From contig NC_043007.1 in the NCBI RefSeq assembly GCF_006345805.1, positions 39,246,001-39,310,000 on the forward strand: DNA of 64,000 bases, written 5' to 3'. Under the pieces are notes generated by a model. The model did not search any database. It had not been told where the DNA came from and saw only the letters and a program-made list of their open reading frames with translations. Source of the stretch: Octopus sinensis. Lineage: Eukaryota. Position numbers and translations under genes: made by a program. Shown piece by piece: positions 1 to 14,091 of this stretch. Position 1 is the stretch's first letter, and each line of letters starts with the position of its first letter.

Positions 1-470
1 TGACTCCCTCCTCTTCCTCTTATACAATTCAACTTTAAACTGTTATTTTTTTTATTACATAAACAAATACATAAATAAAAAGAAAAATGAATAAACCAAA
101 AAAAAAGGAAAAAAAAATTTTTTTTTTTTAAAAACAGGGAAAAGAAAGAAAAAATGGAGAAGGAAAAAAAAATTTTGTTTTAAAAAAAATAGGAAGGGAA
201 AAAAAAAATTCAAAATGAAAGGAAAGGATTTGATCTCATCAAAAAGATTTCCACCAAATGAAACTCATCAGCGCCACACACCTACCCAGCCACTCGTCTC
301 CATCTCCACCATCACCATCATGTCTCAGAAACTGCATCTCAATCCTTCACTCCATGCCGCACAAAACACACCTCGCTACTGTAACTCTTCACTGCTGCTT
401 CACACCCAACCCTTCACAGACGCACGCACGCACATATAAAGGCTCTCATCTTGCATTAAACCGAAAAATG

Positions 471-524
471 TGGTCTGGTCTGGGCTGGTCTGAGTTGGGC
501 TAGGCTGGGCTGGGCTGGGCTGGG
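471..524. repeat. (GGGCT)n/(GGTCT)n pentanucleotide repeat
   Basis: Direct inspection. Confidence 0.85.
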
Positions 525-1399
525 GCTTAAGCTGGTTCTGGTTTCGGTATCTCCTCTTCCTTGAAATAACTTCCGACACCAATCGATATTTTAAAACCAA
601 TTTGTAGATATTTGTTTCAATAATCTTAGAAAGATTTTCTTCATTTTCTCAGTTTTTTTAAAAATATATTTACTTTATTTTTATTTACTATATTTATTAA
701 AAAGAAAATCTATTTATCATCATCACCATTATTATTATTATCATTAATAATAATAATGATAATAATAATAGTAATTATTATTATTATTACAATTATTACC
801 ATCATCATCATCATCATTATTATTATTATTATCATTATTATTATTACCATTATCTTCAATTCCTTGCATCCACAAAGCAATGTGTTTTAATTATTTATTT
901 TGCATAATTCTCTTTTCTTATTTTTCAAAATTTTTTTATTCATTTTTATTTATTTTCCAATTCTGCAAAAAGAAAACATATTTATTATGTAAATTGATGT
1001 TTTTTTGTGTCTATTTTTTTTTCTTGCAGTTAGATTTTGCTTTTCCTTTCTGGAAGTTAAAAAAAAAAGAATAGAAAAAGAGGAAAAAAAAAAGGAATAT
1101 TGGCCCCGTATCCATAGCTAGCGGATGGGGCTGGATCAGACAAACCCATTATTCACTCACCCTACCTCCAATCACCTACCACCGTGGCTTTTAGAGATGG
1201 CCATAGCAATAGCAATGGTGTATTTGTGAGTGTGTGGGATGTGTGTGTGTGTGTGAGTGTACATAGCAGGAGAGAAAGAAAGTAAGCAATAACTTAGAGT
1301 AAGATGATAATAATCGTAATAATACTAATGATAATAATAATTGCTATTATTGCTGCAAGGACTACGGATGTGAGGGCATTACGTTGACAATATTGATCA

Positions 1400-1440
1400 T
1401 CAGTATGATGATGACAATAATAATAATAATAATAAAAATA

Positions 1441-1475
<35 letters not shown>

Positions 1476-1575
1476 GATGATAATGATAATAATAATAATA
1501 ATAATAATGATGATAATAATAATAATAATAATAATGATAATAATAATAATAATAATAATAATGATAATAATAAAC
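1400..1575. repeat. (ATA)n/(ATG)n trinucleotide microsatellite
   Basis: Direct inspection; gives the poly-Ile ORFs. Confidence 0.95.
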
Positions 1576-2312
1576 AACCTAAAGTGCCCTAAACTTCCTG
1601 TTGTCTTTATTGCTCAGGAAGACAAAAAGTACACAAATTTTGTATATGTATTTTTGTGTGTAATTGGGTATAGATTTGTGTGTGTGTGTGTGTATACACA
1701 CATACACACATAAATGGACACATGCACTAACAAATGTATATACATATATACTCAGAAGCAAGCAACAAATACTTAAAAAAAGGCATAGCCAATATAATGT
1801 AATAATTTTATATTTATATGCATATATATTTAATTTTTAAAAATCAAACTAAAAGCTTTTCTGAGAAATGTTTGATTAGTGGATTCGTTAACTTGCCCTA
1901 ATGCTTTCAGCAGAGGAAAAGATGAAAGATGGTAGTGAAGGTGATGTTGGCGGTGGGGTAACTGTGAAAGCAGTGGTGTAGAAGAGAGTGGTGGTGGTGG
2001 TGGTGGTGGTGGTGGCTGCAGGCAAAATTATCGGTTCCCCTCTCCCATTTATTCTTTTAAAAAAAAAAAATCTTTTAAAATAAACAGTGCCTGACTATCA
2101 TATGGTAGCTGAGAAAGTGAAAAAAAGGGTTGAAAAGAGGCCAGGGTCAATATGTGCCTTACCTATACAGGCACCCAACCATAGAAACCATGCCAAATCA
2201 GACTGGAGCCTGGTGCAGCTCTCCAGCTTGCCAGCTCCAGTCAAATCATCCAGCCCATGCAGCATGGAAAACGGACATTAAATGATGATGATACATATAC
2301 AGATATATATAT

Positions 2313-2538
2313 ATTTCTTTATTACCCACAAGGGGCTAAACATAGAGGGGACAAACAAGGACAGACAAAGGGATTAAGTCGATTACATCGACCCCAGTGC
2401 AAAACTGGTACTTTATTTATCGACCCCGAAAGGATGAAAGGTAAAATCGACCTCGGCGGAATTTGAACTCAGAACGTAACGACAGACGAAATACCGCTAA
2501 GCATTTCGCCCGGCGCGCTAAAGTTTCTGCCAGCTCAC

Positions 2539-2540
<2 letters not shown>
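2313..2540 (-). mobile_element. SINE family A
   Basis: Reverse complement of the 11061 copy. Confidence 0.85.
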
Positions 2541-2577
<37 letters not shown>

Positions 2578-3354
2578 ATGCATGCGTACACAAACACATA
2601 CATATGTCCAGGTACTGAAAATGTAATGTTATCTGTTATGCCCAGTGACATCTGATGAAGTGGTCATATTTGTTATCAGCACAAGTATATATATATATAA
2701 CTGGTGTGAGGTGCAGAGACAAAAATTGTAATTTGCGACTGAAGCCTGTTTTCCCCCATCTTTGTATTACATGTGTGTGTGTGTGTGGAGAGAGGGGGGG
2801 TCAGATAGATATAGTAACATTTTTTAAGCTGTTTTGAAGTCATGTCAGAAATGGTGTACATACTGCCATTAATAATGATAACAGCATATACACTGACAAA
2901 CAATATCAACGTTAATAAGATAGACAGCAACCAATGGGGAAGCCCCATTGGAAGCCCTTCAACTTATATGAAATAGCAGCTAAATTGTCCATATATCACA
3001 CCTTCCATTTTAATAAGACTACTAATATACACGAGATATACTACTCCTGACATCCTGCCAAAATATGATGGGGTGGTCACAACTAGAATGCTTTTGATGA
3101 CAGGTCTACTTGTTCAGCACTTACCAGGGGTTAAATAGCCATTTGGAATAAGAGCCACAACTCACTCAAACCATAGTTTAGCACTTTAAAAATAATAGAA
3201 TAAATGAAGACATTGAAGAAATGTAGTCCTAGATATACTAGTCTCTGGACAATAAAGACAGGATGGCCATGGCAAGAATATTTTTGATTGTGATATTGTT
3301 AATCAAAGATGATTTGGGGCCAAAATATAATATCAACAATGTGAATGTGGATGC

Positions 3355-3695
3355 TTCTACATGACTACTCAACTTACTAGATATAGCAGCTAAATTATGA
3401 CAGCAGGGGAGCTTCTACGCATCTGCATGACCAGCTAGAAATAGCAGCCAAATCTCAAGAAAACAGAGGAGCTTCTAAATGGTAGCTCAACCTGCTCAAA
3501 ATAGCAGCAAAAACAAGCTAATGAAGTATTCTCTACATGGGTACTTGACCTGGTAGAAACAGTAGCCAAAATGCAAGCTAATGAAGGATTCTCTATATGG
3601 TTGCTTGACTTGTTAGAAATAGCAGCCAAATTCTGTAATAACAAGACAGTCTCTACATGGTCACTTAACCTACTAGAAATGACAGTCAATTCTCC
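3355..3695. repeat. Diverged ~60-bp tandem repeat, about 6 units
   Basis: Units begin (C/T)(T/C)TCTAC(A)TGG and contain CTAGAAATAGCAGC(C/T)AAA; starts at about 3355, 3412, 3472, 3530, 3590 and 3650. Confidence 0.75.
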
Positions 3696-4489
3696 TTGAA
3701 ATCCCACCTCGTCAGTTTAAATAAAGGACAATTTTGCAGAGTAGGGAGCCTGGGTTTTCTGCACATAGGAAACAGACAGGATAGTCATGGTAAGAAAGAA
3801 TGTTTTTGATAATGGTTCTGCAGGACTAGTGTTCGACATCAAGGCTAAACACTAACAGCGATAACACCACCAAAAATAAGGGCAACAAGAAGCAGAACAA
3901 CAATGATGAAAAAAAAATATCAAAAAACAAAAAAATCAGCAGATTCAATGATAATAACTAAAATAATATAACCTCAATAAAAACAGCATTAATAATAATG
4001 ATTGTAACAACAACAACAACAGCAATAACTGTACAATCACTATATTGTTGTCAGTTGGCAAACAGTCAATGAACCGTTCTTACACTGGTTCCATTGAAAG
4101 TTTTGCATACATTCATACATACAGATGCAGAGACACACACTTACATATACATACATACATACATATATATATATATATACAACCTACATATATATATATA
4201 CACATATATACGTATACATATATATATATACATATATATATATACATATATATGTATACATATATATACATATACATACATATATATATACATATAGATA
4301 CATACATATATAATATAGAGATGTATACAATATAGATATATACATACACATACATATATATATACATATATATGTATACATATATATACATACAACATAC
4401 ATACACATACATATATATATACACATATATGTATACATATATATACATATATATATACATACAAACATACATATACATACATATATACA

Positions 4490-4978
4490 TCAGTTTGGAA
4501 CCCCTATCTTGCACAGAACATTGACCTCCTGGAATCTGTCCAGAGACGTGCAACCAAACGCATACCCTCCATCAGACACCTACCATATTCTGAGCGCCTT
4601 GTTTCCCTGGGCATGGATTCACTGAAGCTCCGGCGTTTGGCGACGGACTTGGTAAACACCCACAAAGTTATCAACAACCACCTCCAACAACAACACTGAA
4701 CACCTTTTTGATCTCCATGTGTCTAACACACGTGGACATGCCTACAAAGTCAGAAAACAATACAGCTCCCATGACTTTCGGAAACATTTTTTCACGCTCA
4801 TAGTTGCTGAAGCATGGAATAAACTGCCTGCGTCAGTTGTTGACTGCCATGACACTGCATCTTTTAAGGCCCTCATGCTTTCCGAAATCCGCCGAAACTA
4901 CACCTGATTATATATACACTTTAGATGAGTTGTAGTGCACCTGAGCACTGTACACAATTATTATTATTATTATTATTA
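4490..4978 (+). mobile_element. 5'-truncated CR1-clade LINE (RT C-terminus plus (TTA)n tail)
   Basis: [26 protein letters not shown]...YSERL...; SNTRGHAYKVRK...RKHFF...AWNKLPASVV...SFK...* (stop at 4907), followed by a short 3' UTR and (TTA)n. Confidence 0.85.
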
Positions 4979-5319
4979 TATATGCATACATATATGTATA
5001 CATAGATATATACATACATACATATATATACATGCATACATGTATATACATATATATATGTATGAATATATATATATATGTACATATATATATAGCCATA
5101 TATATACATACATATATATACATATATATATGTATATAGATATGTACATATATATATCCATATATATACATATACATTCATATATATGTATATATATATG
5201 TACATAAATATATCCATATATATACATACATATACATATGTACATATTTATATCCATATATATATATATATAAACATATACATACATATATATATCTTCA
5301 TATACATACGTACATATAT

Positions 5320-5375
<56 letters not shown>

Positions 5376-5984
5376 TATATATATATATATACACATACAT
5401 ATATATACATATACATACATATATATATACATACATATATATATGTATATACATGTATGCATGTATAAAAGCACCCACTACACTCACGGAGTGGTTGGCG
5501 TTAGGAAGGGCATCCAGCTGTAGAAACTTTGCCAGATAAGACCGGAGCCTGGTGCAGCCTTCTGGCTTCCCAGATCCCCGGTCGAACCGTCCAACCCATG
5601 CTAGCATGGAGAACGGGCGTTAAACGATGATGGTGATGATGATATATATACATATACATACAAACATATATATATATACATACATACATATATATATATA
5701 TATACACATATACATACATATATATATATATATACACATATACATACATATATAATATACACATATACATATATATATATATACAAATAGATACATATAT
5801 ACACATAAAGATACATATATATATATATATCATCGTTTAACGGCAGCGTTCCATGCTAGCATGGGCTGGACGATTTTGACTAAGGGCTGGCGAACCAGAT
5901 GGCCGCAACAGGCTCCAATCTTGATTTGGTAGAGTTTCTACAGCTGGATGCCCTTCCTAACGCCAATCACTCCAACAGTGGTTG

Positions 5985-6045
5985 TATCTATATGTATATA
6001 TATATAACACACATATAGATACATATATATGTGTGTGTATATATA

Positions 6046-6089
<44 letters not shown>

Positions 6090-6296
6090 CACACATATAT
6101 ACATATATATATATATATACACAGACATATAGATACATATATATATATACACACATATAGATACATATATATATATATAATACACATATAGACATATATA
6201 TATATATATATACACACATATAGATACATATATATATATATATACACACACATATAGATACATATATATATATATACAACACACACATATAGATAC

Positions 6297-6329
<33 letters not shown>

Positions 6330-6755
6330 GATACATATATATATATATATATACACACATATAGATACATATATATATATATAATATACACACATATAGA
6401 TACATATATATATATATATATACACACATATAGATACATATATATATATATACACACACACATATAGATACATATATATATATATACACACATATAGATA
6501 CATATATATATATACACACACACATATAGATACATATATATATATACACACACACATATAGATACATATATATATATATATACACATATAGATACATATA
6601 TATATATATACACACACACATATAGATACATATATATATATATACACACATATAGATACATATATATATATACACGCACACATATAGATACATATATATA
6701 TATATATATACACACACACATATAGATACATATATATATATATACACACATATAG

Positions 6756-6800
<45 letters not shown>

Positions 6801-7440
6801 TAAGATACATATATATATACACACACACACATATAGATACATATATATATACACACATATAGATACATATATAGATATATATATACATAGTATACATATA
6901 TATATATATATATACATATATATAATATATATATATATATATATACTATATATATATATAAGATACATATATAGATAGATACATATATATATATAGATAC
7001 ATATAGATACATATATATATATAGAATACATATAGATACATATATATATACATATAGATACATATATATAGATACATATATACATATAGATACATATATA
7101 CATATAGATACATACATATATATATACAAATATATATATATATATATACATATATATACATATACATATATATACATATATATATATATACATATATATA
7201 CATACGTATATATACATACATATACATACATACATATACATACATATACATACATATATATACATACACATATATATAATTACACACATATATATACATA
7301 CACACATATATATACATACACACATATATATACATACACATATATATACATACACATATATATATACATACACACATATATATATATATACATACATGCA
7401 TATATATATATATATACATATATACATACATATACACGTA

Positions 7441-7477
<37 letters not shown>

Positions 7478-7508
7478 GCATATACATACATACATATACA
7501 TACCTACG

Positions 7509-7544
<36 letters not shown>

Positions 7545-8250
7545 CATACATAAATAAATACATATATATATATACATACATGCATATATACATATACATA
7601 CATACATATACATACATACACATACATACATATACATACATATATATATATACACTTACATACATATATACACATAGACATACATACACATACATATATA
7701 CATGCATATATATATATACATACATATATATATATATACATACATACACATATATACATATATATATACATACATACACATATATACATATATATATATA
7801 TATACATATTTATACATACACATATATACATATACATACACATATATACATAAATATATATATATATATACACATATATATACACATATATACATACACA
7901 TATACACATATATATACACATATATACATACACATATATATATTTATACACATACATATATATATATACGTTTACGTATGTGTATAAATATATACATACA
8001 TATATATACGTATACATATATACATACATATATATATATTATATATATACATATATATATAAATATACATTTATACATACTCGTATATATACATGTATAT
8101 AAATATACATTTATACATACTCGTATATATACATGTATATATACACACATATATATATACATATATATATACACACATATATATGCATATACATACACAC
8201 ACACACGTGCGTACACTCACATATATATATATGTATCTCGCTGTGTATGA
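5985..8250. repeat. Compound (TA)n/(CA)n satellite; 5990-7110 built from CACACATATAGATACA(TA)n units
   Basis: Direct inspection; source of the long Y/I/C/M/V-only ORFs. Confidence 0.95.
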
Positions 8251-9390
8251 AAACATATTTTCAGACACACATTTAGGCTTGTGTGTTTGTGCATGTACAA
8301 AAGTAACAACATCTATGTATATTATGTATTTCTATATCTACACACATTAATAAACAGATAGACATATAAGCACACACACAAACGCATGCATACATAACTA
8401 TCAAAAGGCACAGATACCTAAATTCACATATACACATATGTATATATAATATATATCTATTTGTCCATCATTATATAGAGGAGTATGTGTGTGTGTGTCT
8501 ATGTATAAAAAAGAAACCGTACTGCATATACACATACACACACACCACACACATATAAAGAGAGAGAACGAGAAGGAGAAAGGGGATGGGTGGCAGTGGC
8601 TAGGAACTGTTTTAATGTAGACTGTCTCCTTTCAACATTTCAATGATGACAACTGAGACATCATGCAGAACGATTAATTTGAACTTGAAAAAAACAATCT
8701 TCTTTCCAAATGTTTGACAAATATATGAAATGTGTAGTCTTGTATTTCTTGTATACATACATTAATTTATGTATGCATATATAAAAACACATTTACACAT
8801 CATGCATGCATATGTATGTGAGTAGATGTGTGTGTGTGTGTGTGTTTATATATATATATATACACATATATATACACAGATATACATATACACACACACG
8901 GGCATATACACACATGTATACAGACAGATATATATATATAGAAACATATGCATGTGTGTGTGTGTGTGTACAGATGTGTGCTTGTGTTTGTATGTATGTA
9001 TGTATGTATACATGAACATACACAGTATGCATATGCATGATATATATATATACTGGCACTCACAGAGATAAATATATACATACATACATACATACATACA
9101 ACCAACCCTATGTTCTAACCTGATACCAAATGTTCCACAGAACCAAAAGATGGACAATTTTGAATGTGCGCGCATGTGCAGACACACACACTCTGCAAAT
9201 ATATATATACATATTACTCTTTTACTCTCTTACTTGCTTCAGTCATTTGATTGTGGCCATGATGGAGCACCGCCTTTTAGTCGAGCAAATCGACCCCAGG
9301 ACTTATTCTTTGTAAGCCCAGTACTTATTCTATTGGTCTCTTTTGCCGAACCGCTAAGTTACGGGGACAAATACAGACACACAAACATAT

Positions 9391-9423
<33 letters not shown>

Positions 9424-11060
9424 CAACGGGCTTCTTTTCAGTTTCCGTCTACCAAATTCACTCACAAGGCTTTGGTCAGCCCGAGGCTATAGTAGAAGAT
9501 ACTTGCCCAAGGTTCCACGCAGTGGGACTGAACCCAGAACCATGTGGTTCATAAGCAAGCTACTTACCATACAGCCACTTCTACACCTATGTGAAACATC
9601 TTTGTTTCTGAATGAAAAACAGAAACCAAACACATCATGCATATACCCAAGTTTGTGTTAAACTATGTATATTTCCCATTTTTCTCTTTGTACACTCCTT
9701 GTATGTGTGTATGAATGTACAACACACATTTACATGTTTTTCAAAGGTTCTTTTGCAGATTCATGGGAAATGTTATCAGAGACATTTAAATAAAACATAT
9801 TTCAAAACCTGAACAGATGGGCACAGGTGTAGAAGTGTGGTTAAGAAGCTTGTTTTGCAACCTCGTGGCTTTGGGTTAAGTCTTGCTGTTTCTCACTTTG
9901 GTCAAGTGTCTTCTATTGTAGTCTTAGGCTGACTAGAGTAAGTGAATTTGGTAATGGAAACAACATGGAAGCCTGTGTATGCGCACACACACACACACAT
10001 ATATATATAAAACATGAGACCTCTTAATCAATTTTCTGATGTAATCTTCACTTGCAGACGTAAATTCTACAAGACATTTGTTCCTTATGTAAAGTCATAA
10101 TAATTTCTCATCATTTTAGTTATCTTTCACTTACCATATCTTTTTCTCTTACTAACCTTAACTCCTTACCACAGTGCTCATTTTCCACACTACTCTGTTG
10201 TTCTACACTGCTTTATCTTGTCTGAGAATAACTACTCTACTTCCTACCATTTCCTCACTCTCCCATTCAGCTTTACCTAAACCTTTATATTCTTAAACAT
10301 TGCTAGAAAACATGCGTTTGCCACCTTGCTTTTGAGGAGGAACACCTAACATTAACAATTTCATTGGAACTTGTTGTGGGGCACTCACCTAGGACATCAT
10401 TTACATATTGCATTTGAATATGGTTATTACATAAGTTATGGCCATCTTGAAACAGCTATCGAGATGAGATTTTACATATTTCTTCTATTATTTTGTATGT
10501 GTCTCAAGCCCGACTGTGTTTATTTACTTTACTACTGCCATAACAGCTCAACAGAGATTATTCTTACAGCTGACTTTTGAGGTTGGAGCACAAGTTCCTA
10601 TCCATTTGAAGACTACTCTGTGTTATCTGTACTAGGCATATTTTGTCTTCACCGACTCATTATGAGTGTATCTGTGTGTGTGTGTGTGTGTGTGTGGTGT
10701 ATACACATACACACACACATAAATATAGATATTATGTACACACAAACACATATATATATGGTGGGGATGTCCGTTCTACTTAACAACAGGTGCTGGTTTA
10801 CAACCCTATAACTCAGCGGTTCAGCAATACAGACAAGTAGAATAAGTACTATACTTTATAATAAAATGAAGTACTGGGGTTGATTTATCTAACCAAGAAA
10901 AAAAAATAAAGAAAAAAACCTACAAGGCAGTGCCCCAGCATGGCCACAGTCCAATGACTAAGACAAGTAAAAGAAAAAGATAAAATAAGATATTCTTCAT
11001 TTGATCTTATATTTGTTTTTGCATGCTATCATGGGTTAGGTGAATATATTATTGAGGCAC

Positions 11061-11293
11061 AAAGGCGGCGAGCTGGCAGACACGTTAGCACACCGGGCGA
11101 AATGCGTAGACGTATTTCGTCTGCCGTTACGCTCTGAGTTCAAATTCCGCCGAGGTCGACTTTGCCTTTCATCCTTTCGGGGTCGATAAATTAAGTACCA
11201 GTTTCGCACTGGGGTCGATGTAATCGACTTAATTCCTTTGTCTGTCCTTGTTTGTCCCCTCTATGTTTAGCCCCTTGTGGGTAGTAAACAAAT
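11061..11293 (+). mobile_element. tRNA-derived SINE family A (head GGCGGCGAGCTGGCAGA)
   Basis: B-box-like GAGTTCAAATTCC; central GTCGACTTTGCCTTTCATCCTTTCGGGGTCGATAAATTAAGTACCAG; 17-bp TSD ATATATTATTGAGGCAC (11044-11060 and 11294-11310). Confidence 0.9.
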
Positions 11294-11575
11294 ATATATT
11301 ATTGAGGCACTGTTTTACAGTTAGACACCCTTCCTGTCTTCAGCACACATATTTTTCTAGTAAGAGATTTCTTATTTCACTTGTCATTGGGGACGTAAAT
11401 CTGGCAGATGACTATTGACATACTGACAAAGGCAATTACAACATTACTACCAGTAGCTCAGGATTTTTTTTTTTTAGATTAAACACATACACACACTTCC
11501 AATATATATATATACTTACACTGTTTAATAAAATGAAGTAGCATGAAACGATTGTACTACACTACCTTGGATATC

Positions 11576-11690
11576 CTTGTTGCTTATTTTGATTATAATC
11601 ACCCCATTTGATTTATATGGATAATACCATACCAATTGGTCCTTTAACTTAAGTACCATATTCATCTGAATCTAAATTTTGCTGAACTTA
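11576..11690 (+). repeat. Unclassified dispersed repeat, copy 1
   Basis: CTTGTTGCTTATTTTGATTATAATCACCCC...AAGTACCATATTCAT.TGAATCTAAATTTT.GCTGAACTTATA, also at 54650-54768. Confidence 0.8.
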
Positions 11691-11699
11691 TATATATAT

Positions 11700-11731
<32 letters not shown>

Positions 11732-12116
11732 CATACAACACACATGCACATACACACACAGTACAATATACAGCATTTAAAATAGTTTGAAAGTGTGAAG
11801 TATGTATACTTTGTTTTGAATAAATACCTAATGAAATGTAAATACCTGTGAAATGTAAGATAAAAAAAGGAAATGATTACTCCAATTCTTATTAATTTTC
11901 CATGGACAGAAAAGGGGTGGGTAGTGGAATCATTCAATCTAAGAAGACAAGAAACCACTCAGATTGATCCTGTATATTTTTCTGCCCACAGAAAAGTAAA
12001 TAGAAAACTCTTTTAGTGTATCCATTTTCTTTACATTTAACAATGAGTAAAAAATTTCCAAGCTTATAAAAATGCAGTGCATTACATTCCAATGTGTGTG
12101 AGTGTGCACATATATA

Positions 12117-13184
12117 CAGGGTGTCCCCCAAAAATGTATACACACTTTAACAGCTGATGGCTCAATTTTCATTTCTTTTTAGATATAACTTGTTAGAAAT
12201 AAAGAAGGCAATCAGCCTGAGCTTTGAACAAGGGAAATTTAATCTAGAGTGCTACTGGAGGTTAGACGATGCAACTGTAACTGCAAAAAGAGTTTAGGAG
12301 AGAGTTTCAAACAGATCCATGTATGTGACTCACCAACACTTGAATTATTCTTTTAGTGTTTTAACTGTGGCCATGCTGGAGCACTGCTTAATTGCAGAAA
12401 AGTCTGAAGCAGATAGAACTATTCAGAATGTCCACAAGAAACATTCTGGGAGACTGTGGACACCAGCAAGCCCAACAAAATAAGAAAGGGGACAGAGAAA
12501 CCTATTGCCAAAGTTCAAGAGAATCCATGCAGCAAGCCATAAGATAGGAATTTGCAAAAATTCAAGTGTTGATCATATTTTTAAGTGTTATTGGAAAATT
12601 TACATTCCAAGAATAGTCTCTCAATGAAGACGACCTGGACTCAGGAATGGAGTTTTGTAAAATGTACTTGGCAAGGTGTGTAGCAGATGCACACATTCTA
12701 ACAAAGATTGGAGTGATGAGGGAATATTTAAATCTAATGGCTTAGTTAACCACCACAATTACACCTATCGGGGATTTGAGAATCCACATATTACAAGAGA
12801 AACATCATGTTAATTTACCAGGAGTTACAGTGTATAGTGTAGATTATCACCAAGGGAATTGGCTATTCATTTTTGATGCTACAGTGACAGACACCATTTA
12901 TCTCAACTTGCTGAGACAATCTGTCATGCCAAGCACTGTAAGCAGTTGATGAATTGGAACCAGCCACTGAATGAGAATGCACACAAATACTGAATGAAAT
13001 GTTTCATGATATTCGTGAATTCTACTGCTTCCTGTTATTAGCAGTGCTTGGCCTAGAATGGTCATCGGGTAGAAAACAGGTTTCCATAATAAATTTAAGT
13101 TCTGTCAATAGACTCTACAAATTTTGAAAATGGAATGTATTTTAATAAACACTGCCTTCATACTCATTGTCTCGGGATACTCTG
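12117..13184 (+). mobile_element. Tc1/mariner transposon (rosa/DD41D-like), internally deleted
   Basis: TA|CAGGGTGTCCC ... GGGATACTCTG|TA: TA TSD and imperfect TIR. Contains a degraded transposase. Confidence 0.8.
12205..13060 (+). pseudogene. Tc1/mariner transposase pseudogene
   Basis: Fragments QNVHKKHSGR, YWKIYIPRIV, LNEDD.D..MEFC, WSDEGIFKSNGLVNHHNYTY, YLNLLRQSVMPS, then directly VDELE...ECTQIL. The region carrying the second and third catalytic Asp is missing; multiple frameshifts. Confidence 0.75.
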
Positions 13185-13212
13185 TATGATCGTAAGCGTA
13201 TGTATATAGCTA

Positions 13213-13612
13213 TACTCTTACTCTTTTACTCTTTTACTTGTTTCAGTCATTTGACTGTGGCCATGCTGGAGCACCGCCTTTAGTCGAGCAAATTGACCCC
13301 GGGACTTATTCTTTGTAAGCCCAGTACTTATTCTATCGGTCTCTTTTTTGCCGAACCACTAAGTGACGGGGACGTAAACACACAGCATCGGTTGACAATG
13401 CTAGGGGGACAAACACAGACACACAAACATATATATATACATATATACGCCAGGCTTCTTTCAGTTTCCGTCTACCAAATCCACTCACAAGGCACTGGTC
13501 GGCCCGGGGCTATAGCAGAAGACACTTGCCCAAGATGTCACGCAGTGGGAGTGAACCCAGAACCATGTGGTTGGTTAGCAAGCTACTTACCACACAGCCA
13601 CTCCTGCGCCTA
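13213..13612 (-). mobile_element. tRNA-derived SINE family B (CORE-like CCTTGGGCAAGT box, internal microsatellite, TAAAAGAG tail)
   Basis: Reverse strand: GGCTGTGTGGTAAGTAGCTTGCT...GGGTTCACTCCC...CTTGGGCAAGTGTCTTCT...(TA/TG)n...GGCGGTGCTCCAGCATGGCCACAGTCAAATGACTGAAACAAGTAAAAGAG. Other copies: 9215-9590(-), 29520-29850(-), 31312-31670(+), 40720-40885(+), 47845-48285(-), 48765-48970(-), 58120-58250(-), 59100-59410(-), 62410-62790(+), 62945-63170(-). Confidence 0.9.
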
Positions 13613-14060
13613 TATATAAAATCGTTTTAACATTTACTTTTCTATGCTTGCAAAGTCAGGTAAAATTTGTCCAAGGCAGATATTCTGCAGCTGGATGCCT
13701 TTCCTGTTACCAACCATCACATGTATTCAAGCAAGGTAATATTATCCCAAGGTCAGTCCTATTTTCATGGAAGATTAGAAATGATGGATACCACTGGTAT
13801 ACCACTGGTATGACAGTGACTCTTGATTACATCCATCATGTAATGTCAAGACAAAGGGACACTGACACACCGACACTCACACTCAAGTACATATACGATA
13901 GGCTTCTTTCAGTTTCTGTCAACCAATTCCACTCTCAAGGCGTTGGATGGCCAGGGAGCTACAGCAGAAGACACTCAATGAAGGTGTCATGCAGTAGGAC
14001 TGAACCTGAAACTATGTGGCTGAGAAACAAACTTCTTAACCACACAGCCATACCTTAATG

Positions 14061-14091
<31 letters not shown>

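Noticed and set aside
400-600. ORF with the basic motif RKRRYR and PSPAQ repeats
   Set aside because: The repeats derive from the (GGGCT)n microsatellite, the start is non-ATG and there is no splice support.
1362-1713. Poly-Ile ORFs (also 36286-36711 and 24897-25389)
   Set aside because: (ATA/ATT)n microsatellites, with no flanking coding signal.
5990-6900. Repeat-spacer appearance resembling a CRISPR array
   Set aside because: The spacers are only (TA)n length variants, the context is eukaryotic, and no cas genes are present. The 60-bp array at 3355-3695 has no unique spacers.
5957-7655. Long ORFs of 432, 522 and 281 aa
   Set aside because: Composed almost only of Y/I/C/V/M; they are read-throughs of (TA)/(CA) satellites. 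The same applies to 4045-5539, 34005-34698, 52331-52877 and 60878-61985.
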